Below are positions 13,501 to 26,657 of a stretch of DNA of 64,000 bases, piece by piece (position 1 is the stretch's first letter; every line of letters starts with the position of its first letter). The notes below the pieces were generated by a model. It saw only the letters and a list, made by a program, of their open reading frames with translations. It did not search any database and had not been told where the DNA came from. The DNA is taken from contig JARDVH010000099.1 of the NCBI GenBank assembly GCA_030324005.1, forward strand, positions 1,349,401 through 1,413,400, read 5' to 3'. The DNA comes from Negaprion brevirostris (lineage: Eukaryota). The position numbers and the translations under genes were made by a program.

Positions 13501-13879
13501 ACAGTTATTATTGAGGTAGGGGAGCCTCGGAGGCGATGGCCAATAACAAAATTATCCTATCATCTTAAAGGTAAAAGGCAGCATAGATACATGTGGAGCC
13601 ACCTGTATCCCTCAAGGCTTCTCTGTAGGTAGATTCTTCAAAGATCTGAAAACTAGAACACTTCAAACAGATTTCAGTCAACATAGCAATAAGACATGTA
13701 CGCGATGTACAAGTCTGTGCAATGTTGGAAAATGGCCCCTGATGTGTGATAGACAAATACAGTCAACATATGATATTGGCCAATTTTTTAATGATTTTTA
13801 TATTTTAAATTACACAGTGCTGATATTGTACAATTTCCAGACTGAATCAAGAGAAAGTTCTATTAAGCATGTACTTGTC

Positions 13880-14415
13880 ACAGAATATTACAGTGCAGAA
13901 GAGGCCCTTTGGCCCATCGAGTCTGCATCAATGCATGAAAGGCCCTGACCTGCCCAATTAATCCCACTTGCCAACACTTGGCCCATAGCCTTGAATGTTA
14001 TGATGTGCCAAGTACCCATCCAGGTACTTTTTAAAGGATGTGAGGGAACCTGCCTCTACCATCCTCCCAGGCATTCCAGACTGTCACCACCCTCTGGGTA
14101 AAAAGCTTTTACCTCACATCCCCTCAAAAGCCTCCTGCCCCTCACCTTGAACTTGTGTCCCCTTGTGACCGACCCTTCAACTGAGGGGAAAAGCTGCTCC
14201 TTGGCCATGTCTCTCATAGTCTTGTACAGCTCGATCAGGCCCTCAGTCTTCTCTGCTTCAAAGAAAACAACCCCAGCCTACTCAACCTCTCTTCATAACA
14301 AAAATGTTCCATCCCAGGCAGCATCCTGGTGAATCTCCTCCTCACCCCCTCCAGTGCAATCACATTCTTCCTAATAATGTGGCAGCCAGAACAGCACACA
14401 ATACTCCCGCCGTGA
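13880..14415 (-). mobile_element. CR1 LINE 3' fragment
   Basis: Antisense RRFTRMLPGMEHFCYEERLSRLGLFSL plus the CR1 tail. Confidence 0.88.
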
Positions 14416-14558
14416 CCTCGACAGACAGATACAGAGTGGGCTAAAGTAAATAGGCAAGACTTCCTGTTCATTACCAAGTGACCAATACTAAGAAAGTGTG
14501 TGTGGGGTTGCTGGACAAGGTCAGGACCAAGCTCAGTTGTGAGGTTTGCCATGGACAA

Positions 14559-15360
14559 ATGATTTGATTTGATTTATTGTCACATGTATTAGTATACAGT
14601 GAAAAGTATTGTTTCTTGAGCGCTGTACAGACAAAACATACCATTCATAGGCAAGGAAAGGAGGGCTCAGAATGTAGTGTTACAGTCATAGCTAGCGTGT
14701 AGAGAAAGATCAACTAAGTGCGACGTAGGTCCATTCAAAAGTCTGATGGCAGCAGGAAAGATCTGATTTTGATTTGATTTATTACTGTCACATGTATTAG
14801 CATACAGTGAAAAGTATTGTTTCATGCATGCTACACAGACAAAACACACCGTTCACAGAGAAGGAAACGAGAGAGTGCAGAATGTAGTGATATAGCCATA
14901 GTCAGGGTGTAGAGAAAGATCAACTTAATGCAAGGTAAGTCCATTCACAAGTCTGACAGCAGCTGGGAAGAAGCTGTTCTTGAGTCGGTTAGCACTTGAC
15001 CCCAGACTTTTGTATTTTTTCCCCATTGGGAGAAGGTGGAAGAGAGAATGTCCGGGTTGCGTGGGGTCTTTAATTATGCTGGCTGCTTTGCCAAGGCAAC
15101 AGAAAGTGTAGATGGAGTCGACGGATGGGAGGCTGATTTGCGTGATGGATTGGGCTACATTCACGACCTTTTGTATTTTCTTGTGGTCTTGGACAGAGCA
15201 GGAGCCATATCAAGCTGTGATACAGCCAGAAAGATATAATACTTTCTATATAGCTTTCTATTGTACATCTGTAAAAGTTTGACAGAGTCTTAGCGGATAT
15301 GCCAAATTTCCTTAGTCTTCCAAGAAAGCAGAGGCATTGGTGGGCTTTCTTAACTAGTGC
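14559..15360 (-). mobile_element. Rex1/Babar-type LINE 3' fragment with duplicated tail
   Basis: LVKKAHQCLCFLGRLRKFG...NFYRCTIES...NRLKNSFFPAAVRL, with an (ATCAA)n tail. Confidence 0.85.
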
Positions 15361-16259
15361 CGGCATGGAGCGACCAGAACACTTGCTGCCTGATGTACAC
15401 AGAACAGTCACACCTGGATGAGCTATAGCCTAGTTCAGAGGCAGCACGCCACAAGAAAGGAGTAATATGAGAAACACTGATAGGCAGAAAGCTCTTCAAA
15501 ATGCGTATGCCCATTAAGTTCTTGCAAAACCTGAGGTGACTCATTTACTTCCACTATAATAAGCATCATCTGCTAAGTGGCTGCATTCGCTATCCCACCC
15601 ACACAGCCATCCAAAATCCGGTGCCTCATGGGAGTAAGTAGCTACTAAAAGCCACTGTAATTGCCTCAACCATCATTTCTGTGTTCTTTAATATAATTTG
15701 GACCACTGCAGGCACAATGTGTACCATTGCTAAGTAGCCACTGTCAAAAGTGCACAAACAAACACAGTGGAAAATCAATTACATTACTCTCAGTACCAGG
15801 AGGTGTCAGACTAGAAGCTGTGAAAGGAACACACCGACTCACAACTGATGTGGGAGATTCACAAACATCGAGTTAAATGTTTCACATGAAAGGAAAATTC
15901 TTTTCTCAAACCACACTTGAAAAATTCTACAACCAATTCCTGGCAAACATTGCTCCTGTTCTCTGGGAATGTTCTCACACAGAACAGCATGAAATAGATA
16001 GACAGACTCTCCCAGTTTTGATTTCCAATGCTTCTTTCTATCGCAACCTTTTTTCTTTAATTGATATGACTTCGGTTATGTCTCTGAGTCATTTCTCTCC
16101 TCATTCTGAGCTGTAGATTCTCTATTTGATACACTCCTCATCCTGGTCTTCAGAATACTTTTCACTATTGCAGTATCCCTCACGCATTCTTTCAGTGTCT
16201 TTTTTGAAATTCTCTTCTCAAACCACAGTGAACAGTGTGAACACTGTACAGTGTGTCCT

Positions 16260-17050
16260 CGAACAGTGTGTGTTGGAGCCGACGAGGGAGTGGGCTATCT
16301 TGGATCTGGTGTTATGTAATGAGGCGGGTAGAATTAGGGACGTTGCGGTGAAGGATCCTCTTAGGGAGAGTGGTGGAGTTTCTGGTGCAGATGGAGGAGG
16401 AGAAAGTGGGTTCCCGGACACGAGTCCTTTGTTTGAACAGAGGGGAGNNNNNNNNNNNNNNNNNNNNNNNNNNNNNNNNNNNNNNNNNNNNNNNNNNNNN
16501 NNNNNNNNNNNNNNNNNNNNNNNNNNNNNNNNNNNNNNNNNNNNNNNTGAATGTTAAGATGTGCCAAGTGCTCATCCAGGTACTTTTTAAAAACCACCCT
16601 CCCAGGCAGCGCATTCCAGACCATCACCATCCTCTGGGTAAAAATATTTTTCCTCAAATCCCCCCTAAACCTCCTACCCCTCACCTTGGACCTATGTCCC
16701 CTCATGACTGATTCTTCAACTAAGGGGAGCAGCTGCTCTTATCCACTCTGTCCATGTCTCTCAATCTTGTACATCTCAATCAGATCGCTCCTCAGTCTTC
16801 TCTGCTCCAATGAAAAGAAACCAAACCAATGCAATCTCTCTCCATAGCTTAACCTATCACCTTAGAGGGAACATGCTGGGCTTGCACGCTCCCCATTTCT
16901 TTTTTGAACGTCCCCCACTGCTCTTCTGTAAACTCTCACATTTGTAGCTGTTTCCAGTCTACCTTGAGCAGAAACTACCTTATTTTACTAAAATCAGCAC
17001 TCCCCCAATCCAAAACTTTTTTTTGCAGCTTGTCTATTTTCTTGTCTAGG
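16260..17050. mobile_element. CR1 fragments in opposite orientations around a gap
   Basis: Plus strand: EPTREWAILDLVLCNE. Minus strand: RGHRSKVRGRRFRGDLRKNIFTQRMV. Confidence 0.8.
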
Positions 17051-17389
17051 ATGCTGATGATATTCCTATGAAATGCAATGCTACCACAGAACAGCTAATT
17101 CATTACTGTCAGATTTATTTTGACCAATCAGAAAAACCTATGTGAGAAAAAGGGCACTGGGCAAAATAAAATCTAGACAGCCTCCAATCCCCCCGAAACT
17201 GTGATTCTTAAATGTTTGCCTTCCAAAAATGTTTCCAATTAATGTCTTCTCTTTAGGTTCTAGCATCTCCGCTAGACCTCAGACTGCGACAGCAGGAAAC
17301 TGATGTCCATAGATGAACAGGAAACTGCTGTGACCAACTGAGGAGGAAACTGGTCTCTATAGAACAAAAAAGCAACCTGTCTTCGTTCA

Positions 17390-17600
17390 GCTCCTGCCAA
17401 TTGATTACCAGAGATGGTGGAAGCAGGCACATTAGCAACATTTAAGAGACATCTGAATGGGTACATGAATAGGGAGGAAATAGAAGGATATGGACCGAAT
17501 AAGAGCAGAATTTTTTTTTTAGTTAGAGCATCATGATCAGCACAGGCTTGGAGGGCTGAAGGGCTGAAGGGCCTGTTCCTGTGCTGTACTTTTCTTCATT
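17390..17600 (+). mobile_element. CR1 LINE 3' end
   Basis: gtggaagcaggcacattagcaacatttaagagacatct...gggcctgttcctgtgctgtac. Confidence 0.8.
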
Positions 17601-19504
17601 CTTGGAAGAGGCAGAAGAGCCGGGGACACTCATCTTCTCGGGGTTTCCCCTTGCTGACTGTGGGAAAGCACTTTATTTCTGCCCAAAGGCATAACAATAT
17701 TTAGAACATGTGGAAATAGAATGTATTCTAGTATTCCAAGATACAATTGTACTAACATGTGAAACGGTTAATATATTAAGTTCTTGAAGAAAGCTTGAAT
17801 ACAAGTTGGCTTCTTCAAATTTCTTTAAAATTTTAAAGGTCAAATGTTGTCAGGAATCTCTAACTTGAAAGCTAGGCATTCTTGGCACGTCTCAAAATTT
17901 TAATGAATCACTCTCAGTGGCACAGCACAATATATTCAAAACAAGGCAATGAAAATGTATTGGTTTGCTTTACCTTGCATGTGATCTAACAAACAGAATA
18001 AGGAAGAGAATGTTTGGAGACTGTAACCCTGATAGAGAAGATAGATTTTTCTGCTAATTGTAGCATAGAGAGTTTAGTGACACAGACTATAGCAGCTTGA
18101 GGCAGGGAAGCTTAATGTTTACTTTCTTCATGTATACCTGTCTCGCTGGGTATTAGGAAAAATAGAAAAGTATGAACTTGAGTCCAAGTTCTGAAAATTA
18201 ACAGGAAATACCTAGAGGCAACAAAGATAAAAGTGAAGGCACATTACAAACATGACTTAAACGTATAGCATGAAAACATGATTGATAGATCAGAACTCCC
18301 ATTTCAGGGAGTTTCTAAGCGGACAGTAGATAGTGCACTCTGTAGTACAGAAGTTAGTAACTGTTCTTCAGTTCCTGGAGTCCTATTGTTGTAGAAACAG
18401 ACACTTCAACAGAATAGAAGCTTTTTGCTTGTAGGCATTTAGCTGGATAGCGTGCCATCAGTGTAGCAATCTAAAGATGCCAATTTAATTAAAACAGCTT
18501 TAAGTGCATTGCCTTTATCAGTTAATGAGAGCTTACTGTAGTAAATGGGTATGTTTAGCTACAAAAATCTAAAAGACGTAAAGTACCTTTTGACATACTG
18601 TACAATCAGATGTGAGCCAAAAGGCAACTTAAGAAAGACAATCAGCATTCTCAACACTTTGACTGAGATGATAAAGACAGTACAAGAAGCGCTTAACAGG
18701 TTGAGAACTTCATCACAAGAAAGGCAAAATAAATCAGAGACATTGTGCAAGTAACTGACAGAACACTCTGCAGTGGCTAGTCCCAGAGTGGAATTCTAGA
18801 AGGGTCGACATACAGGGTCAAACCTTTCTGGCCACAATTCATGTATGATAAAAGTAGTTTTGATAGGAGTTCCAGCTCAAGAGAGAGAGAGAGAGAGGAA
18901 AGATTGATGATATAAAGGTAGAATAATCTTTATTCTTTCGTGGAGCTTAGTCAACACACACATTGGAGCAGTTCAATATCAGGCCTATTAAGAGGTTACA
19001 TTGAATATCTTTAAATCGTTCTAAAATGTGGCTTTTACCACTGTAGTTGTCATTCTTAAGTTTTACTTTAGGTGCAGCAATGTTTCAGCATTCATTTTCA
19101 ATAATATTAGATCAATTAATTGAGCTTGCATTCTTAGCTGAATGTGCTAATATCTAGGTTTAAGTTCCTAACATGCCACAGAACTAATGAGGGGAGTTGC
19201 ATGGTTGCACTCCTAGAAGTGATAAAATTTGATTTTATAATCTCTATTATTCTTAGTTTATAGCATGATCAATGCCATACAGAAAGTGAAGTGACTTTTT
19301 ACATCGTGTGGTAACTATGCCACACGTTTAGGCAAGCTGATTTTCAAAAAGCTCAAGTCAAAACAAGCCATAACCTGGATTTTGTGGTAGGAATGATAGT
19401 GAAGGCTGGAGCATTTGCAAACATCTACAGTCAAAAGTGCCAAGTGGATAATCCAGCTCCTGAGGTCCCCAGCTTCATAGATATCAATCTTCAGCCAATG
19501 CAAT

Positions 19505-20475
19505 TCACTCAGATATCAAGAAATGGCTGAAGGCACTGGATACTATAAAGGCTTTAGTCTCAGACAACATTCTAGCAATAGTGCTGAAGACTTGTGCTCC
19601 AGAACTAGCTATTCCACTATCAAGCTGTTCCAGTGCAGGATCTGTCCAGCAAAGTGGAAATTGACCAGACATGTCCTGGATGCAAAAAGCAGGACAAATC
19701 CAACATATCCAATTACCACCCATCATTCTACTCTCAATCATCAGCAATGTAATAGAAGGAGTTGCTAGCAGTGCTCTCATAGAATCCCTACAGTGCAGAA
19801 GGAGGCACTTGGCCCATTGAGTTTGCACCGACAACAATCCCACCAAGGCCATATCCCTGTAATCCCACGGATTTACCTTACTAGTTCCCCTGAACTAAGA
19901 GGCAATTATCATGGCCAATCCACCAAACCTGCTCATCTTTGGAGTGTGGGAGAAAACCCATGCAAGACACGGAGAGAACATGCAGACTCTGCATAGACAC
20001 CACCAAGGTTAGAATTGAACCCAGATCCCTGGTGCTGTAAGGCCACTGTACCAGCCTCTCAAGTAACACTCCACAAAAAGTTGCTCACTGATACTCAGTT
20101 TGGGTTTCATCGTGGCCATTCAGCTCAGCTCTCGGCCTCATTACAGCCAGGTCCAAAAAAGCTGAACTCGAGTTGAGGTTCGAGTAACAGCCCTTGACAT
20201 CAAAACAGCATATGACCAAGTATGGCATCAAGGCGTCCAAGTAAAACTGAAGTCAGTGGAAATTAGTGAGAATACTCCACTAGATGGAGTCATATGTAGC
20301 ATGAAGGAAAATGGTTGTGGATACTAGAGGTCAATTATCTCAGTCCTGGGACATTGCTGCAGGAATTTTTCAGAGTACTGCCCTAGGCCCAACCATCTTT
20401 ATCTGCTTCATGATTGACCTTCCCTCCATCATAAGGTCAGAAGTGGGGATATTCATTGATGATTGTACAATGTAA
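19505..20475 (+). mobile_element. Second CR1-like LINE family, RT core fragment split by a SINE
   Basis: Degenerate KWK...NY.PI.LLS, QFGF, ALDIKTAYDQVWHQG and LGPTIF...FIDDCT motifs. Confidence 0.8.
19778..20050 (-). mobile_element. HE1-type SINE (tail A)
   Basis: Same body and tail as the other copies. Confidence 0.85.
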
Positions 20476-20559
20476 AGCAGTATGTGTGTCCTCTCAAATA
20501 TGAAGAAGCCATTATTTGAAATTTAGTGACTTGACTAATTAGAATCAAACTGCCTTGCT

Positions 20560-20810
20560 TAACTTTCAAATAATGCTTTGCAGTTAATTGTCAGTCATCA
20601 TCAACTGGTGCAACATTTATGGCAATGACTCTACCACTCAGAATCCACTTGCCAACCAATTAGCACCCTCTTTTCGCACAGTAAAAAGTGGTTGTTTCCC
20701 CTTACACTGGTGTTCTTCTGATTGTCCTGATGAGTGCGAGTCGAAAAGCTATGACAGAACATCTACTTTCAGCAATACTCTGAATGTTCTGAACTACCAA
20801 ATGACTGAAT
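20560..20810 (+). mobile_element. Penelope-like terminal repeat carrying a hammerhead motif
   Basis: CCAAT box, then an A-rich TATA-like box, then a hammerhead core, then a poly-A run at 20810. Confidence 0.6.
20723..20756 (+). ncRNA. Minimal type I hammerhead ribozyme (degenerate)
   Basis: TGTC CTGATGA G-tgcgagt-C GAAA AGCT AT GACA. Core CUGAUGA/GAAA is intact, stem I is TGTC/GACA, and stem III is palindromic. The cleavage-site U is mutated. Confidence 0.7.
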
Positions 20811-20992
20811 AAAAAAAAAAGCATGTCACTTTTCTTTTCAAAAAAAATTTTATATGCATGGGCTAAAATCAAAGTTTGGCCCCAGTGTTGGACCCAATTC
20901 CAATCTCCTGGTTAACCCATTGCCATTATGCTGGGAGAGCTGAAATGGAATACCAGAAGTATTTCATTTTTTTAGAATATCTCAGCTCTGAA

Positions 20993-21140
20993 CATAGAAC
21001 ATTACAGTGCAGTACAGGCCCTTCATCCCTTGATGTTGTGCTGACTTGTGAAACTAATCTAAAGCCCATCTAACCTACGCTATTCCAATATCATCCATAT
21101 GTTTACTCAATGACCATTTAAATGCCCTTAACGTTGGCGG
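20993..21140 (-). mobile_element. CR1 LINE 3' end
   Basis: catagaacattacagtgcagtacaggcccttc is the antisense CR1 tail. Confidence 0.75.
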
Positions 21141-21569
21141 TTATAGCAAAGCTCAGTATAAATAATTTCCATAAAACTTTGCAATTAACAGCACTTACCT
21201 TCTAAACGTATGAATTTTTGACTCCCTTGACACACTATTTACAATTCAGAATGAAGCTCCAATGTCGTGACTCGGAGGACATTCTACCAAATTGAATAGT
21301 TTGTAGTATTTGCCAGGTTACATTCCTACATACATCACTTTTTGACAAACCCCATAGACAAAGCCTGATTTTTTTGTTGCCATGTTCATAATCTAATATA
21401 TTAATTTCAACATAGCTATTAACTTGCAAACTGAGAAAGATTTAGAAAAGGAATGGTAAATAAAAGCAAACATTTCCATACGGTCACAATGTAGTGAGAT
21501 AATTTTTTTAAAAACTGCTGGAATATTACAAGCAGAAAGATTACAAGTTTTACAATGTACTGATCACAA

Positions 21570-21830
21570 CACACAATTTGGCTGCCACTCAGTAACAAGA
21601 ACTGTACACATTAGGAAAAAGCAGCAAAATTGCTCACAATGATAAATGGGATAAGCTATGAGACACATTAATTTATTTGACTGATCTTTGCATGTACCTG
21701 ACTTAAGATTTCAAGCAGCTTGGTAGTGTTCTGCATGCTGTACAACTTTAACCAACAAAACAACATTATCACTGAAGCTCTGTTATACCAAGAGAAGCAG
21801 GAGGAACTTAATGAGGCTATGGAATAGAAT
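21570..21830 (+). mobile_element. Highly decayed Harbinger (HARBI1-like) transposase C-terminus
   Basis: ALVVFCMLYNF followed by an acidic stretch, comparable to VVCCMLHN. Confidence 0.4.
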
Positions 21831-22639
21831 CCAGTACTGGCTGCAAAGCCATTTGTCAAGTTANNNNNNNNNNNNNNNNNNNNNNNNNNNNNNNNNNNNN
21901 NNNNNNNNNNNNNNNNNNNNNNNNNNNNNNNNNNNNNNNNNNNNNNNNNNNNNNNNNNNNNNNNNNNNNNNNNNCATATTACTACTTGATTAAACATGCA
22001 GGCAAACCCGTGCAGGAGCGCACTCTGCAAATACATCAGAACAGCATGTTTCTAATGTCAAACCATGTCATGCGCAACTGCTTAGCATTTGCTTTACTGC
22101 TTCCTCTTGATAACAGGGTGTTAGATATGTGCCCTTAAACCTAGTCTAGGTGCTGCTCGAGTGTGCGGTTTATGTACATGAGAATCTCTCAGGATTGAGG
22201 GAGCCCTAGTCTCCCCGGGTGCAAATGTAGACAGGCCCTGCATGCTTTCTAACATGCTTTTGACCTTCAACATCCTGCAACAACACATTCATTTCTTACC
22301 TCACAATGACCTCCCAATCCACAAGGCTTGTCATACCAGAGAATGTATTAGCACACAGATGCTGGATATGTGCACAGCAACATACTCGCAGCCTTGCTTG
22401 AACCTAATCAGAAAATCTACGCAACACTGTTGTGAATTCTAACATTTAAAAACAAAATGTACTTACTGTCCAGATTGACAAATTACTAGAATTTAAAGGG
22501 GATTCATTATTTCCTATTCAAGATATAGTGGCTGCATAAAAGTCTTTCCATATTTTTCTTCTTCCTTGGATCGTTTAAAATGTCTGTTTAATTTTGCATA
22601 TTATTTCAATTTCACGTTTAAGAGCTGATCTCTCAGTCC

Positions 22640-22970
22640 CATGCTGGAGCACTACAAACCCTCAGTCACAGAGATTGGTTTTAAGGAATGTCTCAGAGGC
22701 AGAGGCAGCAACGTATAGGGATGGTTTCTCGAGCTCAAGGTCTATGCAGCTGAAGGTACAGTCGCCAATTATGGAGTGATGGAAATTAGGAATGCTCAAG
22801 AGGCCAGAATTGAGGGAGTGCAAATATCTCAGGGGGTTGTAGGATTGGAGGAGATTACAGGATAGAACAGAATAAGGCAAGGAAGGATTTGAAAACAAGA
22901 ATAAGATTTTAAGATCGAGGCACTGCTTAACTAGGAGCCAACACAGGCCAGCGAGCACATGGGTAATGGG
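22640..22970 (-). mobile_element. L2-type LINE 3' fragment
   Basis: Antisense YNPLRYLHSLNSGLLSIP...IGDCTFS. Confidence 0.7.
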
Positions 22971-25129
22971 TAAAGTTATCAGAGATGTTAAAAAGACGGA
23001 TCAACTAGAAGCATAAGAAGAAACAAGCATGGGAATGTAGAATATTTGTGCTACACTAGGAGGGTGATGCAGGTTTGACTGTACTGCTGGGGGAGGGCGG
23101 GGGGGAATGGATTTTGATTTCTTATATCAAAACACTTTAGTGACATAGGAGTGGTCCAAATAAAAAAAACTTCAATAGCTGGGGCAGGGTTTGTGACTCT
23201 CTGTATCTGAGTCCAAGTAGTCATATTGGGAAAAGTGGTTGGGGGTAGAGGAGCTGGTGGTGTGGAACAGTACTGAACACAGCATTTGTCACTATGGATT
23301 GGAGTTTTGCAATGACAGACAAACTCTTTCTCATTGCGAAAATAGTGGAACAAGTCTAAATCTGATGCCTGGCCTCTGAACATGAGATACGCATTTTGCA
23401 GAAGCAGCTACCCACAGAAATCAGCAAAATATGATTTTGGTGCAAGTGGTGTCTAAAACTTGATGTGCACAGATAGGAGCAAAGCTGAACCTTATGGATG
23501 TGTTAGGTGAGATACCCGTTTGGATATGGTGCTGGAACATCTCTGGTGGAGATAAGTTGCTGTTTAGGATTTCTAAAAGTTGGCATGAATGTGCATAAAA
23601 TGTGCCTATTGGGAGTTGGTGGTAGGGCATGAGTTGGTATTGATGGCGCATGGGATGTATGATGAAGGCAGTTTATGCTTTTCTAGGTTTTTTAAAAACT
23701 GTGATATAGTGCTGATATATCGAGGCAGGCCTTCAGACCAGCCTGCCTCTGCAGTCATTCTGATATTGCCCGATTCAATCTCCAGGTGAAGGGACTCGGA
23801 TAATGTTTCCAAGAGCTGTAGGGTTACGCAATATACTGGACATTCCTGTCAGGAAGGTTTTTTAAATACATAATTACCCTTAGTTGGCTGCAGCTTACTG
23901 ATCCTGTCTCACTCAGCAGTGCCACATTTCTGCAAGGGGATCTACGGTTAGCATTTGGTCTCTTGGGGCTGTAAGGGGCTCAAGCCTGGCAACATCATTC
24001 TCACATCAATGATTAGTCAGATTTAGGCAGTAAGCAATAAATATCCCCCACCTAATTTCAGATCAGACATTTTTCATGAGTCCTTTGACACAGGATATTG
24101 TTCCAAAAGCTGGCCTCATTATAGCTTTACCTCCATAAACAAATTCCAATTCAACCCTATCTGGTTTGCTAGATCTTACTTAAAAATGTCATTCAATTCT
24201 TCAACAGAACTGACTCAAGCTCCTTCCTCCAGAAAAATATATTTCAAATTCAGTTCCGTGGTAGTAGATTGGCCATGGAAGGAATTTAATTTCAATGCCT
24301 CCTGTTCATTTGAATTGAGAAATGCATTTTATCTAACCTTTGCACCATCCAGTGCTCTTTGCTCTGCTGAATTTCTCTGAAGCAAATGCCAAAAACCTAG
24401 GTGCTCACTGAGCAGTGAATTCTAGTCCTGAAACAGCAATTGTGCTGCCGGATCACTGGGGAACCCTAAAGAGGCAATGATAAGCTACACGATTCACTAT
24501 CACAACTGAGAAGCACAGCAGTGTGCAGAAGACCAACATACCCGTCATATCGGTCCTTGCTAACCAGCATTGGCTCCCTTCCCCAGTGCCATTAAAAGTC
24601 TTATTGAATTGAAGTCCCTTTACATCTTTGACCTTTTCTATCAACACAATACCCTACGGGTTGACATGATCCTCAAGGTGAATGCTTCATTCCTTTAAAT
24701 CCGGCATTATGTGCATCGCCCTCAATTGACTCCACTGTTTACTGGCAGCACTCCATAGCATTGCAATGGACCCAATGGGAGAACAACTTGCTTGTCTGCC
24801 AGTGGCCTCCAACAATCTTATTAAGAACAGCTGATTAGGCTGCTGGAGACCCAGTTCATCCAGTTTTGCCAGATTTACCATTCAATTTTGAAAACAAGTC
24901 TTTGCACCTGTTTAACATATTCATGGAGCCTAGCATTCATTTTAGCTGGCTACTCCAGGTAGAGATTGTTAGCTGCCATATTGGAGTGGTAGAGCGCTAG
25001 GAATTGCAGCTGAAAAATGGCCCACCCATCTCCAGTATTCATCCAAAAATTGGTGTTACGGGGATAATTTCTGCCCTGTGTTCACCTTCTGTGGCATCTA
25101 TTCTTAAGTATATATCTGTCTAATTTCAT

Positions 25130-25400
25130 TGGCAGCCCTCTCATCTGTCAGAAGTTGATAGCTTAGTGGAATGTTTCATGTTGATGATAGCATCTGCTGA
25201 CTAAGATGCTAAACAAAATGATGCGGCTCTCCAGAACAGGGGAGTTTGCCCAGTGTCCTGGCCAATATCATTCTCAACCAATATCACCAGAAACAGTTGG
25301 TGTTTGGATGTTCTTGCTGTCTATACATTGACATGCGCCACCAGTTCTTTGAATGATTGTAAATTATAATGTTCCTGGCTATTATTTGTAAGTCGCTCTC
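25130..25400 (+). mobile_element. DeuSINE (AmnSINE1/SacSINE1-like) fragment
   Basis: agaacaggggagtttgcccagtgtcctggccaatat...ctcaaccaatatcac matches the recalled Deu domain. Confidence 0.6.
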
Positions 25401-25929
25401 TGTCTTTTTCAGCTGAGACCATCTAATAGAGAGAATTCTCACAGCCAAGAACAAAACATTATCACTTATGGGGTGGGCGGGGCAGTGGGGGAATGGGGTA
25501 GCCTGCTACTTGTGGATAGGGGGGAAGATGCTTCTCTTTGGTGAGGATTGCTGGTGATGTCTTGGTCAGTGTGGGGGGAACCACATCATTTTTTTGGGGG
25601 GGAAGGGGGCCTGTCTCTGATTGGAGAGCCTTTTCCANNNNNNNNNNNNNNNNNNNNNNNNNNNNNNNNNNNNNNNNNNNNNNNNNNNNNNNNNNNNNNN
25701 NNNNNNNNNNNNNNNNNNNNNNNNNNNNNNNNNNNNNNNNNNNNNNNNNNNNNNNNNNNNNNNNNNNNNNNNNNNNNNNNNNNNNNNNNNNNNNNNNNNC
25801 AAATTGTAGGTGGGGAATGAAGGATAACGGCACAGTCAAAACGAGGAGGGCGCTAATATGATTATGACACTGCTCCTTTTGTTCAAGGAGGCAAGCAATG
25901 TTTTTATGGGTGATCTGTCCCTAATTTTT

Positions 25930-26270
25930 AATGAATTCATAGGATATGGGCATCGCTGGCAAGGCTAGCTAGCATTTATACCCATCCCTAACTACCCTGA
26001 AGGAGATGCTGATGAGCTGACACTGAGTGGCTTGCTAGGTCATTTCAGAGGTCAGTTAAGAGTTAACTGCATTGGCGTGGGCCTGGAGTCATATTTAGGT
26101 CAGAGTGGGCAAGGACTACAAGTTTCCTTAGCTAAAGGATGTTAATGAACCATTTTGGAATTTGTGACAATCTCTTAGCTTCATGGTCATCATAACCAAT
26201 ATTGCTTTTCAGTCCAATATAGTTAGTAAATTTAATGAATTTATTCTAATTCACAACTGCCAGCTGGTGT
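25930..26270 (-). mobile_element. SINE sharing its 3' tail with the CR1-like family at 42000-42185
   Basis: Antisense ...aactcttaactgacctctgaaatgacctagcaagccactcag...gggatggg.ataaatgct. A related copy lies at about 28730-28975. Confidence 0.65.
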
Positions 26271-26279
26271 TAATAAAAG

Positions 26280-26657
26280 GAAGTGTGTTGGCAGAGTTCT
26301 CAAAAAAATGTTTACAACTACGGTTTGTCATTTGCCTGTGCAGTGATAAATCAGTTTAAAGGGTTTTGTTTATTGGATATTAGTTTTGATTGGAATATCT
26401 GATATATATTTATTGATTAAGAGTTATACATTGTATGGTTGTTTTGTTTCTTGTTTGTAATTGATAAAAGTTCTTGCTAATTTTCTAACTATACTTATCC
26501 TTAATTAAATGCTATTTGATAAAAGCTCCCTACTGGGTCATTTTAATCACACCTGAAGTGAAACATCTTGTGCTTATCCTAGCCAACTTCACAATGCAAA
26601 ACTTATGATTCAAATGGGCTTCATAAAACACTTGAGTTTCCGTCCTGAACCATAACA
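26280..26657 (+). mobile_element. LTR-like fragment (3' end)
   Basis: T-rich body, ATTAAA signal and a ...cataACA terminus. Confidence 0.45.

Noticed and set aside
16225-16272. Short acagtg(tg) repeats, superficially array-like
   Set aside because: Irregular, with no spacers, and at a CR1 5' junction. Not CRISPR-like.
17974-18028. Possible minus-strand exon (ctatcAG...AAG|gtaaag)
   Set aside because: The translation has no resemblance to the WDPCP C-terminus and there is no other support.
18545-18754. 69-aa ORF with a coiled-coil-like pattern
   Set aside because: No recognisable homology or splice context; length is compatible with chance.
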